Of a stretch of DNA of 64,000 nucleotides, positions 33,501 to 45,516 are shown piece by piece. Origin of the DNA: Lepidodermella squamata (Eukaryota; Animalia; Gastrotricha); assembly GCA_047495785.1 (NCBI GenBank), contig JBLDXI010000015.1:2790001-2854000 (forward strand), in the 5' to 3' direction. Below the pieces are notes generated by a model. It had not been told where the DNA came from, did not search any database, and saw only the letters and a program-made list of their open reading frames with translations. Both the position numbers and the translations under genes were made by a program. Numbering within the stretch: the stretch's first letter is position 1; every line of letters starts with the position of its first letter.

Positions 33501-35595
33501 ATGTAGGTTATCGAGTCGAAAGCTGAGCTGATATCGTTCCTGGACTTGATTTCGAGAAATCGAATCGGCCGGCTTGATCTGTAAGCGTCGTCTGATATGG
33601 CGCCTAGATAGTCGTAGTACTCCTCACTATCGACCAATCGACCGACGTTTATCGAGGCTGTGAATTCCATGAAGGACGCGAAGCCTTCATTTAGCCAGAG
33701 GTCTTCCCACCAGTCCATGGTGACAAGGTTTCCGAACCACTGATGGGCCAATTCGTGAGCAATAACTCCTACAACATGGTCTCGATCAACTTCCGTTGTA
33801 TCATTGGTCACTAGAAGAGCTGAAATTGAAAAGAAATTAAATTTTTGAAATTGAAAATTAAGTACATACTGGAATTAAATTTTTCAAAATTTCAAAATTT
33901 TAAATTTAAATTAGCTTTTTTGAAATTTAAAAATTTGAATCGAGATTTTTGAAATTTTCAACTTTAAAATTTAAATTCGATGGAATTCAAAATTTTCAAT
34001 TTTTCAAATTTTTTTAATTCGAATTTTTACGAATTTTGGAATTGAGCATTTGAAATTATTTTGAATTCAAATAAAATTGCAAAGTTTACCCTCCTCTCTG
34101 AAGCTAATCAAGCCCCAGTTTTCCATCGCAGTCCATCTGAACTGAGGATAGACGACAAAGTCCAATTTCGGCAGAGGGTACCGGACGGCGAAAAATCGCT
34201 GCATCCAATCAACAATTTTCACAATAATTTCCTGCGAATACTTCGTTTGCTCCAACGCGTAGTCTGGCGCATAGACCGATATTGGCAGGTTCGACTCAGC
34301 GGTGCGAATGGCCGGCAGACTAGCGAACTGGCCGACGACGAAACAGACCAGGTAGGTCGACATTGGAACAGGGGTTCGGTGGAAACGGGTTGTGATCATA
34401 TCGGGATCAGCCGGGTCGGGGGTTATTGAAGCTTCGGGCATGTTTGACAGGGCTTTGAAGTCGCGCTTATGGCGAATGCTCAGCGTGAACAGGGCTTTCA
34501 TATTCGGCTCATCAAAGCAAGGAAAAGCTCGGCGAGCATCGAGAGGTTCAAACTGGGTCATTACCACAAATCTGTATAAATAAATTCATAAATGAAATAT
34601 TTTTTTATATTTAATTAATAAATTTCAAATTTCAAATTTTTTAATATTTCAATTTTTAAAAATTTTGATTTGTAAATCGAACTCACAATTTTTTGCCAGT
34701 TGTAGGGTGTTTAAAGTAGCTTTTGTAGAAACCCTCCGAAGCCGAGGTCAAATTGCCGGCGAAGCTCATCTTAATCTCAATATTAGAATCCTTCTTCAAC
34801 CTCGACCTCAGTTCGATGACGAAATACTGATAAGGCTCGAAAATAAAAGTTTTCCTAATCGCAGGCGCTGTCTGCTGGACACCATCGCCGGTGTTCGCGT
34901 AACTAACGGCAACGTTCGAAATATTCAAATCAGCAACATGTAGGATAACCATCCGCGTCGCTGTTTGAACATTCGCTTCGATGGTAACATTCCCATCGAA
35001 CGTTTTCTCGTCATCCGTGTAGAAATGCGGATTCAGCGTTATGTCGTAGTGTTTAGGAAAAATGTGGCGAGGCAGGCGGAAATGCGTCCACGGCTTGTTG
35101 GGTTCATATTCAACCGTCAGCTGGCCATCAGCGCCTTCGACGCCGTCACTGGTTTTCGCCGATTTGACCCCGGTTTTATTGCACGAGCGAGACGGCCCCA
35201 GACCGGCTGCGAGGCCAACAATCAGCAGCACAATTGCAAAAACTGAGGGAAAAATAGGAACAAATATAAAATACTCAGCAATAATTTTAAGGCTGATTGC
35301 TGATTTCTGCAATTTGATTATGATTTTAGATAATTCTAAACCTTTATTTAATTTTTTGAGAATTATTTTATGCTTGAATATCGTGAAAATAAGACAAAAA
35401 CTTACCGACAATGATCAGCAGTATGCCACGATAGCTCATATCAGCCCGCCGGCCCAAGTATTTCGAAACGCTCTCCTGATAGGCCGCTAATCGCTCCTCG
35501 AGGCGCGCTATCACCCCGGTACCACCGGCCTTCTCCATCGGCGTGGCCTGACCCAGCCCAGGGTCATTGGGATTGTGGGCTTTTTCGTTACTCAT
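30538..35595 (-). CDS. M1-family membrane aminopeptidase (APN/APA-like, type II); 7 exons: 35595..35406, 35242..34687, 34571..34090, 33819..32991, 31921..31894, 31838..31123, 30796..30538 (1019 aa)
   Basis: N-terminal TM anchor, RLP..P.HY, TQFEPLDARRAFPCFDEP, MSTYL, TAMENWGL, HELAHQWFGNLVTMDWWEDLWLNEGFA (HEXXH-X18-E), FDSITYMKG, RVNY and DRAGLVDD. Phases are consistent. Confidence 0.95.
32312..32710. mobile_element. Foldback MITE in an aminopeptidase intron
   Basis: ~140-bp inverted arms (32312-32454 and 32567-32710). The end motif TCGATTTYACAAATCAGTGATTT also occurs at ~24897-24930 and ~49648-49695. Confidence 0.8.
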
Positions 35596-36636
35596 CGCTT
35601 GAACAGCACTGCCGAATCATATAATAATCCATCCAGGTACAACAGGCGAAAGTAATTAACAGCAATAATAAAATCCTGTGAGCCGTAGTGTTGTCCGTAA
35701 TGCTCGACTTGCGTTTTTTTCGCCAGGAATTCCGCGGTCGGTTGATTTTTTCGTCGCTCAAAAAACCGGCGTAGTTTTATTATTGACCAACGACCGACGA
35801 GTTTTAATAATCATCGACAGCATTTGTTATAATAATGATACTAGCGGCGAGTATGTATTTATTACAATGTTTTGAATATCATGATACCCATGATAAAGTG
35901 CACTGTCTAAATGCCGGTATGATATACCTACAGGTGTTTAAGGCAGATTTCGCCAACTGACATTCAAAATTGGAATTTTCGAAATTATTTGACAATGTTC
36001 GCTACTCTGATTTTATTAAAGAGCAAGAGTAGACAATTCGATTGATATATGACTTCAAATAACTTTTTAAAAATAGTTAAACGCCGTTTTTCACTTGATA
36101 AAGGTGCGCGCACTTTGAAAATAAACGCACGCGCACTAATCACACGCGCGAGTGAGCGAAAAAGAGCGATGAGTGAGGCGCGCGCGCGTTATGCCTGCGT
36201 CGCTATGGCGCCATCAGCGTGTGTAACAACTATAAAACCGCTAACGGTCATTAATACACTACCCTGCAGCCTGTCAGTAGCTCACGTAGTAAATTGGTGC
36301 TCTTAAGGTGGATTTTTATGACTCCAAAGAAGCACTATACGATCATGGAGTACATTATGATGATGGCGATGTTAATAATAGCAATTTACGATATAATCGC
36401 CGGAATGATGAACCGAAGCGCCATTTTATTATCTTCGGTGGGAACGATTTTATAGGATTGATGGTATTTCCTTTGTGTCCGCAGAATGAGAACTTCACCC
36501 TAATTTTTGATCAATAAGTTTTACGCTGATTTCTCATGAGCATCATAAAAGCTGTTTTATTAGATGATACAAAATAAAATAGGAAATGTGTACGAAAAAA
36601 TGTATTAAAGAATGTCAATTGTCATAGTTCAGCCAT

Positions 36637-37251
36637 TTAAGCCTCCTTTATAGCTGGTTCTTTATTCCAAGGATTTCGGCAGGTAGAAGCTAAATAAACC
36701 GGAATCCTGTCCCAGAACCAGCTTCCAGCCTTGCAATACGATACGAAAACCACATCGCGACCGCCAACGCAGCAATAACTCGCGCTCCTCGAGGCAGGGC
36801 GGTCAGAATTCGCTGCCGTAACATTCGTACCGCAAATTCGCAAAAGACCCGGAGCTCTTAGGGGGAGGCCACATAACGAATTAAGGCTATCCATGACATT
36901 GGCAGCCGTAGTTCGTCTGGGTTGTTGGGTAGGTCTTGTCACGCAGAAATTCTTAGCGTTTAACGGAATCGTCGACCATTGACCGCCGTTGCTACTACAG
37001 GTGGAGGAGGCTGAGGAAACCATGGACGTTTCCCCGCAGCAGTATGAAGCCACGTGTATGACTTCATCGCCTGTTTGGCTGCCAGTCTGGCCTCTGATCG
37101 GGGTTCGCTGGTTCAAACTGCACAACCGCATGCCAGCAGGTGGATCAGGAACGCTGGAGAGGCATCCGCTCTCCGATGCCTCATCAGCCACTGCGAAATG
37201 GGCCGATGCGAAAATCGTCAACAAAAAAGCCACAGAAAATTTTAACTCCAT
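36637..37251 (-). CDS. Secreted protein with two tandem 6-Cys sushi/CCP-like repeats, single exon
   Basis: Signal peptide MELKFSVAFLLTIFASAHFAVA (alternative ATG at 37272). Two repeats of C..P.P.G..R.C...ASYCC...C...W..IP...C joined by a Thr/Pro linker. Confidence 0.7.
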   Translation of the reverse strand: MELKFSVAFLLTIFASAHFAVADEASESGCLSSVPDPPAGMRLCSLNQRTPIRGQTGSQTGDEVIHVASYCCGETSMVSSASSTCSSNGGQWSTIPLNAKNFCVTRPTQQPRRTTAANVMDSLNSLCGLPLRAPGLLRICGTNVTAANSDRPASRSASYCCVGGRDVVFVSYCKAGSWFWDRIPVYLASTCRNPWNKEPAIKEA

Positions 37252-37955
37252 TTTTCGGGGGAGAAAGAACATACACGATAGTATTTTTTATTAGGTAAAC
37301 AATAATGATGAATGACTGCGTTTTTTGCGGCTTATGAACTCTAGCGTGCAACGGGGTGACAAGTTCACGAAGATGAACGCGTGATTGCGTGGAATTTTAC
37401 AGCCTGTTGTTTTGTTTTCCTCATTATCGCTGCCAATATTTGTCTTAGGCTTTAATTGCCGCAGAAAATTCTTGGCACGGGTTTGAGGTAAACAACTAAA
37501 TTAATGCTGATGAAAATGTTACACTTGTTTCACCTGATTTTTCTTGAGATTCTACGTCACCTGAGCGGAACAGCAAGGGGGCATGTCTCTTTTAAAAGTC
37601 CATAATCTCCCCGCATGGGGAACACCGACTGCAGACATCAGTGGCATATAGCTTCCTTCCGACCCTTAACATGTGAGCTTCAATGCCACTCCTCGTAGTC
37701 ATATATACAGAGATACAAAATTCAAAGTCGCCGAGGACAACAATAGCAGCATTTTCGAGGTTGCTGATCGATTGATTGAAGATTCAAAAAAAACGATCTA
37801 GGATGAGCGGAACATTTATTAGACGGCGTTCGAAAGTCGCAAATTGCGAGAACTTCGAGGCTGAATAATGAATGATGATCCGCATATACCCAGCTTAGTT
37901 CAGCAGCACCCTGGAAATTTACGCGCGAGGTGAGCCCTTAACCCACATTGACGCA

Positions 37956-38148
37956 TACGTGCTGCAATCATTAGCCATATTGCATTGCGAGGCACACGTT
38001 GATAAACTGTCACGCATAATAATATTGCGCAAGCACGTGAAGACATGTGATAAAAAACGAAAAGGAAAGATTTTTAATTTGATGTTATTTGAATCTTCAG
38101 GCGAGGGAGAAATTCCGGCGAATTTTGTATTTGAACCAGCCTATATAA
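37956..38148 (+). promoter_or_regulatory. Cluster of four RCGTG (HRE-core) motifs plus a TATA box upstream of globin 1
   Basis: TACGTG at 37956, CACGT at 37995, CACGC at 38011, CACGTG at 38034, and TATATAA at 38142. Confidence 0.4.
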
Positions 38149-38421
38149 GATAAGCATTGACCTATTTCTTTACCTCTTAGTTTTTTAGTCATTTGCCTGA
38201 AGGACAAAAATCATGATTCTTTCAATTCGGAGTCTTTTACTTCTTCCTTTAATTTGAGCTTGGAGCATTTTGAGATCACTCGTTATTATTCGAGTGTTTC
38301 CGACATTGAACCTGACGTCCATTTGTTTGATGTGTCCTCACTTCTCACCCACGCGTAGTATTTCAAATTTCAATTTCTCACTTTGTCAATAGCGCAACTA
38401 CATTTTACGAGTATCGAACTC

Positions 38422-39486
38422 ATGGGGAATCTTGTTTTCAAAGCAAGCAAAAATGCACCAACAAGCCAAAGCCCAACTGCTGGAGAAGTTGAAGATGTCT
38501 TCGAGACAAACGTAAGCTTATTGCCGAATTTCTTATACAAATAATTCAGATTTTTTTATTAGTCACGCCCAAAGCTTGAACTGACAGAAGACGAGCGTCA
38601 GATTATCATCAAAACTTGGCAAGGAATAGTTAATAAGGACACGAATGAACATCATGTTTCACGTATCGGTGTTCGCATTTTCAACGTTATGCTCGTCAGG
38701 CCCGATATCAGGGCCCTATTCCCATTCAGCCATTTGAGCTTCGAATCTATGCAAAACGATGCGCTGTTCAAATGTAATATTTTCATCCTACGCTTTTGAC
38801 CTACTAAATCACGCATGTTCGCAATAATTACTTTGCAGCTCACGCATCGAGATTCGTGCAGGTCATCGCGACTGTTGTCGACGACATGGCTAATGATGAG
38901 CGTCAGAAAGCTAAGCCGGATTACAAACCTGGAGATGGCACGTGGCGAGTGGGAATGCTACTGCGAACACTCGGAAAAAGTCACACCGCACACAAGCAAT
39001 TATCGGTAAAAATATAGATAAAAACTCCTCCTTAATTATTTTTACTTCTTTTTTTTAAAGCTGACCGCTTTCAAGGAGGTTGCTGACACAACAGCCCCAG
39101 CTGCTATGTTATCAGTCTGGCAAATCGAAGTTGGAGAAGAAAATTGGTCTACCGAAGTTTCCCTGGCTTGGAATTCGCTTTTCTATCAAATTATTCATCA
39201 AGTCTATGTCGGTTTTGCGACAGCGATGGACGACAGGCAATTCCCTAATAGCCCCAAAAAACGAATCAACAGCGCCCCAAGCAACAGTGTCCCAAAGCCT
39301 AGCCGCAAAATTGGCCCTGAAGAACAGCTGAAGACAGTTAGCAGGTCCTTTGAGAGTACCGATATAGAGTCGAACAAGAGCGAAAATTTAACGTCAAACA
39401 ACGCTGATCGATTCATTTTTCGTCTTTTGAGGTGGTTTTTCTGGCGAGCTACGCCGAAGAAAGCGGCGAGTGTCGAGAGATATTAA
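38422..39486 (+). CDS. Globin 1 (N-terminal MG, extended termini); exons 38422..38511, 38563..38773, 38839..39005, 39061..39486 (297 aa)
   Basis: A-helix LTEDERQIIIKTW, CD1 Phe (PDIRALFPF), distal His (FKSHASRF), proximal His (LGKSH), and H-helix WSTEVSLAWNSLF. Confidence 0.9.
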
Positions 39487-40856
39487 CTTGATCAATCAGG
39501 TCGTCGAGACATCACTTTCTATCAGTTAATGTTTTCGTGTGGTTCAATAAACGCTGATTAACGCTTTTGAACCTTAATTGCTTATGTATACTTATAGATT
39601 AAAATTTCCAAGAGCTCAAATTTCGTTCAAAAATTAAAGTAAACTTGTTTGAAGACACCAATCTTGATAATTGGAATTATCGGTCAAGAACAGCTTAGTA
39701 AAGTTGTCGCATTGAACTCTATCTTTCCAACAGGAAATTGTACGCGGTGTAAAATATCAAACAAGTTTTCTTTATTATAGCGTAATAGCTGAGAATTCAG
39801 AATGAAAGGCGAGGTCGGTGGTTACTCTCAGCATGGAGGCGTTTTCCTGCGTTTAATAGATCATTTTCGGTTCGACTCACTTTACTCACCGCTTTGTTCG
39901 ATTTCAGACGAAAGGGCGGAGTAAGGTGACTATGGTGACTGGAAATAGGTGACTGGATGCGAAATATGTTCTCTCGATCTCTTTTGCTTGTTTAGTGTTA
40001 AAGAAATTCAAAAGAATTTATATCGCAAAATAGCATTGGTTCAGATTTCTTCAGGATATTATTGCTATCAAGTGGATAGGCTGAGAACTATCCGCGTTGG
40101 CATTTCTCCTAATAGCCCTTTTTAGGGTCTCGAATTTCTAAATCCCAAGCCATAACGTGCCCAAGGACTGAGCTCTAAAGCTTCATTTAAAATTTAACAT
40201 AAATTCAAGGTTGAGCCAAGGAATTTCTGGGCTTATTAGATACAAGCGATGCAAAATCAGATCGAATATCGTGGGTGGGCGACAGAATGACTTGCCTACA
40301 ATAGAAACAGATGGCTGCGGACAGAAAAAAACTGGAATTAGCTTTTTCTGGTGATCGGGCACACGAAGATGCAAAAGAGTTAGTTTCACGCCATTTATTT
40401 CTATTATTAGTTCCGTCGCCAGCCCCGCGATATAATTACCTACTCATTTATCAAATGAATCGAAATGAATCCAAGTGAATAATGTTGTCTTATATATCAA
40501 GAGACATTCAGATATTCGAAGCCCAATGTTAAGCTTAACTTCGGCCATCGAAATAACAACTGCTCGCTGTAAAAAGGTTGAAGAATTGTTTCCTAAAGCC
40601 GGACATGAGTATTTTACCGGTTGCGTGGTTGACGCTGATTAGGGCAATATTAAAATGAATTACCTATAGCTACAGATTAAACAGTGAAATGAAATAGTAA
40701 CTCAGCAGTTTTGAGGCTTCAAATCCTAAAAATGCGTATTTTTTCAAATTACACCTGAGACAGCCGGTGAAGCCATATGACTTCCGGACATGATGAATCT
40801 CGTATATTCACAAAAACAAAAGTCATTGAATTTTATCTACCCGGTAGAATAACTTG

Positions 40857-41734
40857 ATGAGTGCATTTCTCTGCTGTTTCTCAAAGCCTTCGGGTAAGGT
40901 CGAGCCCACAAATAAAGAAATTTCCCCGGTAATTATTGGGATATCTTAATATGGACATTAGTTAGTCTTTTTCAGATCTCAAATTTATCTGCCGAAGATC
41001 GCAAGCTTATAGCCTCGACGTGGCGACGGATAAATTACGATTTTACGTCTCGAGGAATTCGGGTTTTTGAAATCATTTTGCGAATCCCAGAGCTCAAACA
41101 GCTTTTCCCCTTCCGGCATCTTTCTGGCGATGCTTTGCGGCAAAACGCCCTATTTCGAGCTCATTCCAGCCGCTTTGTTCAATCAGTCTCTGCCGTGGTC
41201 GAAGAGCTGGAGGCTACTAAGGGCCATGCGGCTAATAACGACCCGTTGAAGCCGATGAATGACTGGAAAATCGGTCACTTACTTCACGGACTAGGCCATG
41301 CGCATGCTGAAATCAGCAATTTATCGGTAAGATTTCTCAACACAAAATAATCAGCCTTAATATTTATTTTTCTTCAGCCTGCAATGTTTAGGGACGTTGG
41401 AAAAAAGGCGGCTATTGAAGGTCTTGTTACAGTTTGGTCGGATGATTTAGGAACGCATTGGACACCGGATGTTGAGAAGGCTTGGACGAAACTTTTCGAC
41501 GCAATCATCACTGAAATGTATCGCGGCATGGAGGAAGCTACTGCCGCGAAAGCTTTGCAGCCCCCGGAGGAGAAAACTCGAGCTAAAAGCATGGGCAACG
41601 GTGTTGGAGCTTCGATCGCTTCTGTTCTTGGAAGAATGGGTAGCACGAAGGACAAAAGCCGGGCTAATCGGCATCAGGGTAGAAATTCGTTGAGTGAGTC
41701 AAACCTGGCTAAGCTGCCACCGAAGCGCCCTTGA
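40857..41734 (+). CDS. Globin 2 (N-terminal di-Cys), tandem paralog; exons 40857..40928, 40976..41326, 41378..41734 (259 aa)
   Basis: MSAFLCCFSKP, LSAEDRKLIASTW, PELKQLFPF, FRAHSSRF, LGHAH, WTPDVEKAWTKLF. Confidence 0.9.
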
Positions 41735-41865
41735 AGAGGGAATGTAACAGAATCAGGATAGCACCTAACTTATTTGATGTTTAAGGCGAGAGAGCAGGTA
41801 TTAAACCTAATAGGATATGTTCATATTGCTTGAATAAATAAGAAGTTTCCGAAACGTTGGATGTG

Positions 41866-43905
41866 TTAACCAGGCCTTCCTCGTGGCGTTTTGGCCTTAC
41901 ATTGTCCGAATGTTACGCCGTTGACAATTCGCACTAGGGTATAATCGCACGTATAATCGCGAATAGACTGAGCACAATCTATGTCATTACTGCATGGCTC
42001 TCCTTGATTCGATTTTCGACAATTTCCCTCTTGTTCAAAATAAATGTAATCCAACCGACATCTGCAACGACCCTGACTGTAAGCGCCAACCCATCGGCAC
42101 ACGAATGGATAGAGGCAGTTTTCATCCCGCCAACACTCTCCGTCGTAAGCCACGTGGATGGACCGTGCAGCTTGGACGCACCAGCCCAATGCAGCATCAA
42201 ACTCCACAGGATCGCCGAGGACAGAATATCGTGGGCAACTGCATATACCATTGCGACACTGGAAATCTCCAGGACAACTCGAAATCTGCGAAAGGCAACG
42301 ATCGCCATGCTCAAGCTCGCCACAAGCGTCGTTGTCTGCGATGTATTTCTGATTTGGACGGCAACTGCATTTTCCATTGCAATAGGCATCTCTAGTAGAG
42401 CACTGACTAGCATCGCCATTACTGCACGGTTCGCCAAAACGAACAGACCCATACGGTGGTGCTACACATGTGCCGTTTCCGAGGGCTTTGTTGGGAGGTT
42501 CGCATTGACAGACGCCGTCCAGGCAAACGTTCCCAAGTTTGGCGCACTGCGAGCTTGATAAGCACGGTAATCCAATACCAACAACAGCAGCGACGCATTT
42601 ATTCTGCTCACAGCTCATAGATGACCACATCTCGAGTCGGTGGTAAAGTGGCCGGTCCCGGGTCCCATTTAGAACAATATTGCTGTTGTCTCCGCATTGC
42701 AGCGGCGTTTCGCACATCGAATCACCCAAGCTCAGGTTGGTCGGCAGACATTTCGCCCAGATGGAGATGGGCAAGCACATTAGATTTGCTTGACAGTTAT
42801 GCGTCCCTTCGAAATCGCAATAACCCCCTGTTGGTATGTTCACTGCATTCACACATTGTCCGTCAATGAAAGTTTGGTGCGCTGCACAAGCGCAATGACT
42901 CAGGTACCCATCAGGTACAGTTCTGAGGGAAAAGAGCAGCAAATATCAAATGTATGTTATACAAGTCCGTCATGTTATACAATGTCAAAGAACAATCCTT
43001 CAGAATTGCGCCCAGTCCTTGCCATACTACTTGTTGAGTGAAATGAGAAAATCTAACCTGCACTTTAAAGGAGCAGAACACTGCTCATCGTAATAACACG
43101 TTGCGTTGAGTGACAAATTGATTGGTCTGCACCTGGATTCCTCCTTAATGCAACTATTCGGTGCCGCGCACTGAATCGTATCAGTGCAAAATCCGCCAAT
43201 TTCGACCCCCTTCAACTCGTAACAATGCGTTGTGTTGTACGCGTACCCAGCAGGACAACGGCATGTCAAATCAACGCATTCAGCCCCTAGCTTAGAACAC
43301 TGGCGCGAACGTAGACAGGACCCGTTAAGCGGAACATTGGTTGCTTCGATACAGGGCGAGCTGATTGTTGGAGCGACGAAGCCGAGTTGGCACTGACATT
43401 TTCCAGCATTGCATGACAGCGACTGCTTGCATTGCGAAGCGAATAGGCACGACCCATTCACCGGAACCTGGGTGCTCAAAACACAATTCGTTCCATTGAA
43501 GTCGAACCCTGGTAAACACGAGCAAGAGCGGTTAAGGCAGATGAGAGGTTCGCGGCATTGCGTTGAGTTGAGACAAGCGCCGTTGAAGCCAACTAGGCAG
43601 TGAGAGCCATTCGACTGCAACCCCTTAGGGCAGGAGCATTTCAAGTCGGCACATGTCAACCCGGTCAGGCATTGGCTGCTTAGAGTGCAGAATGCGTTTA
43701 GCGACTGATTACTAGGCTGGATACAAGTATCGTTCATCGAAACTACGAAGCCGAAGGCACATTGACATTTCGAATTCGCGCACTCCCAGTTGTCGCTGTC
43801 ACATTGCCCGCCGCCAAGCGTGCAGGGTGAGTTTATCTTCGCCCCGAAAGCTACTGTTGCTTCAAACGCAAGCAAAGCCCCGAAGAAATAAGTAAGAAAA
43901 GACAT
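41866..43905 (-). CDS. Secreted Cys-rich EB-module repeat glycoprotein; exons 43905..43058 and 42922..41866 (634 aa)
   Basis: Signal peptide, many repeats of C...SQC.....C....C.C..G......C, and numerous N-X-S/T sites. A phase-2 intron joins the two ORFs. Confidence 0.85.
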
Positions 43906-44814
43906 TTCAAGTAAATTATACTGCTCGAAAACGAATATTTGCCGTCATTTTATATGAAATTTAAAGTCTGATTTTACGGTGATGAAAAGCATGACTTTTC
44001 GTTTATGCATGAATCATTGCCACGAAATAGAAGTCCACGATTTTTAACTGGCTGAAAGTACCCAATTATTAATGTGTTACTCATATTAGCCCTTTTGTCA
44101 TAGCTTAATCGTGTCGAAAAAATCGTCGAAATTGCCCAAGCTTGCGCTTCTCGCTCTTCCAGAGAGAAAATATGAGTATATGGTTAGCGCAATTCGATGG
44201 GCAATTATTTTTCAGTTTTCCACTTTTCAGTAAATTTGTTTTTTTATGCAAAAGCGAAGCTTTCTAGAGCATTTCCATCACATTAATTACCCGAAGGAAA
44301 ATCATAATGTTACCGAGGAAAATTGGAAACCCCCGATAGGAAAAGTTTCGGTATTATGCCTGATTAGACATAATTGCCCCGCATTTTTCACTCTTCGCAA
44401 GTTATTTGTTTGATCAGGAATTCTCCGGAATAGAAATCGTTCATTTATTTATTTGAAAGCTCATACGCCCAAGAGAGAGGCAGCTTGACAATGTTAGGGA
44501 AAACAACATAAAATTGCAGGACAAGTTCAGATTTAGGACAGGAAAGGTGTTGTAGGAGAAAGCTTCCAAGCTTCAGGCTTCAGCTTATTTAAATCCATTC
44601 AAGCAGCGGCCAAAATTTGTTCAGTGGCTCAGCGGAGTACCTAATAATTCGGTATTTACAAAATGAAAAATTCATTTATACTTCAAAAAATGTCAATTTA
44701 TTTTGTCGAATTTTTTTCAACTTATATTCTCTAATGTCATATTCAGATGAGGTATTCAGGGTATTCAAAGTGGATAAAATACTTCCACTGTTGAACTTTA
44801 CTCAATTCTTAGAG

Positions 44815-45168
44815 CTATAGCTCTTTTTTGCGATTTTCGCTGTCAAGATCGATACCGTCGCCAATGTTGCCCAAATCAGGTGGGCCACGTCGCACACATT
44901 TCAGCTCGTGCGAACACATCAGACCTTCCTGGCATTGGTAGTCGGAAGAGCAAAACTGCCCTATCGGTTGATTTTCCGGTACATTACACGTGCTACCAGT
45001 GCTATCTGGCAGGTAGCCGAAAGAACATTCGCACTTCGATGCCTTGCCACATTGCCAGTGATCGCTGTCGCATTTGCCATCGCCAGACTTACAGGGTAAA
45101 CCGAGTTTTGACGCATTTACCGAAGTCCAGGTCGCAAATACAAGGCAAAATCCCTTTGCTAAAAACAT
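44815..45168 (-). CDS. Short secreted EB-module paralog ending in KKEL (117 aa)
   Basis: Signal peptide. The Cys pattern aligns to the N-terminus of the neighbouring EB protein (CDSDHWQC vs CDSDNWEC). Confidence 0.75.
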   Translation of the reverse strand: MFLAKGFCLVFATWTSVNASKLGLPCKSGDGKCDSDHWQCGKASKCECSFGYLPDSTGSTCNVPENQPIGQFCSSDYQCQEGLMCSHELKCVRRGPPDLGNIGDGIDLDSENRKKEL

Positions 45169-45516
45169 TTTTTCCTCTGTAGGCTCAGTTTATCGCAGAG
45201 CTTTCTTTTAATACCTCGTATGACTCAATATTGCGGCAGAAATTTGAATAAGAATACATCAAAAGCGTTGCGATGATTCATCCATTTTTTGCCTTTCAAT
45301 CGACAAGGGAGCACGAACTCTTCCAAAAAAAATTGTTTCAGTATCACCTTTTGATTACTCACTATATAAGCCGTTGGTTGAAAAAGAATAATTTCAGAAA
45401 TAATATCATATTTTATTTAAAAAATGAGCAAAATGAAATAAAATTATAAAAAAATCATTAATTGTTCAGCCACTGATGTTTGAATGTTTAAAGCGCACGC
45501 TTTAATCAAAACGAGG

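Noticed and set aside
41591-41645. Internal MGNGVGAS in the globin 2 tail as a separate myristoylated peptide
   Set aside because: It is in frame within the last exon, with no evidence for an independent start.
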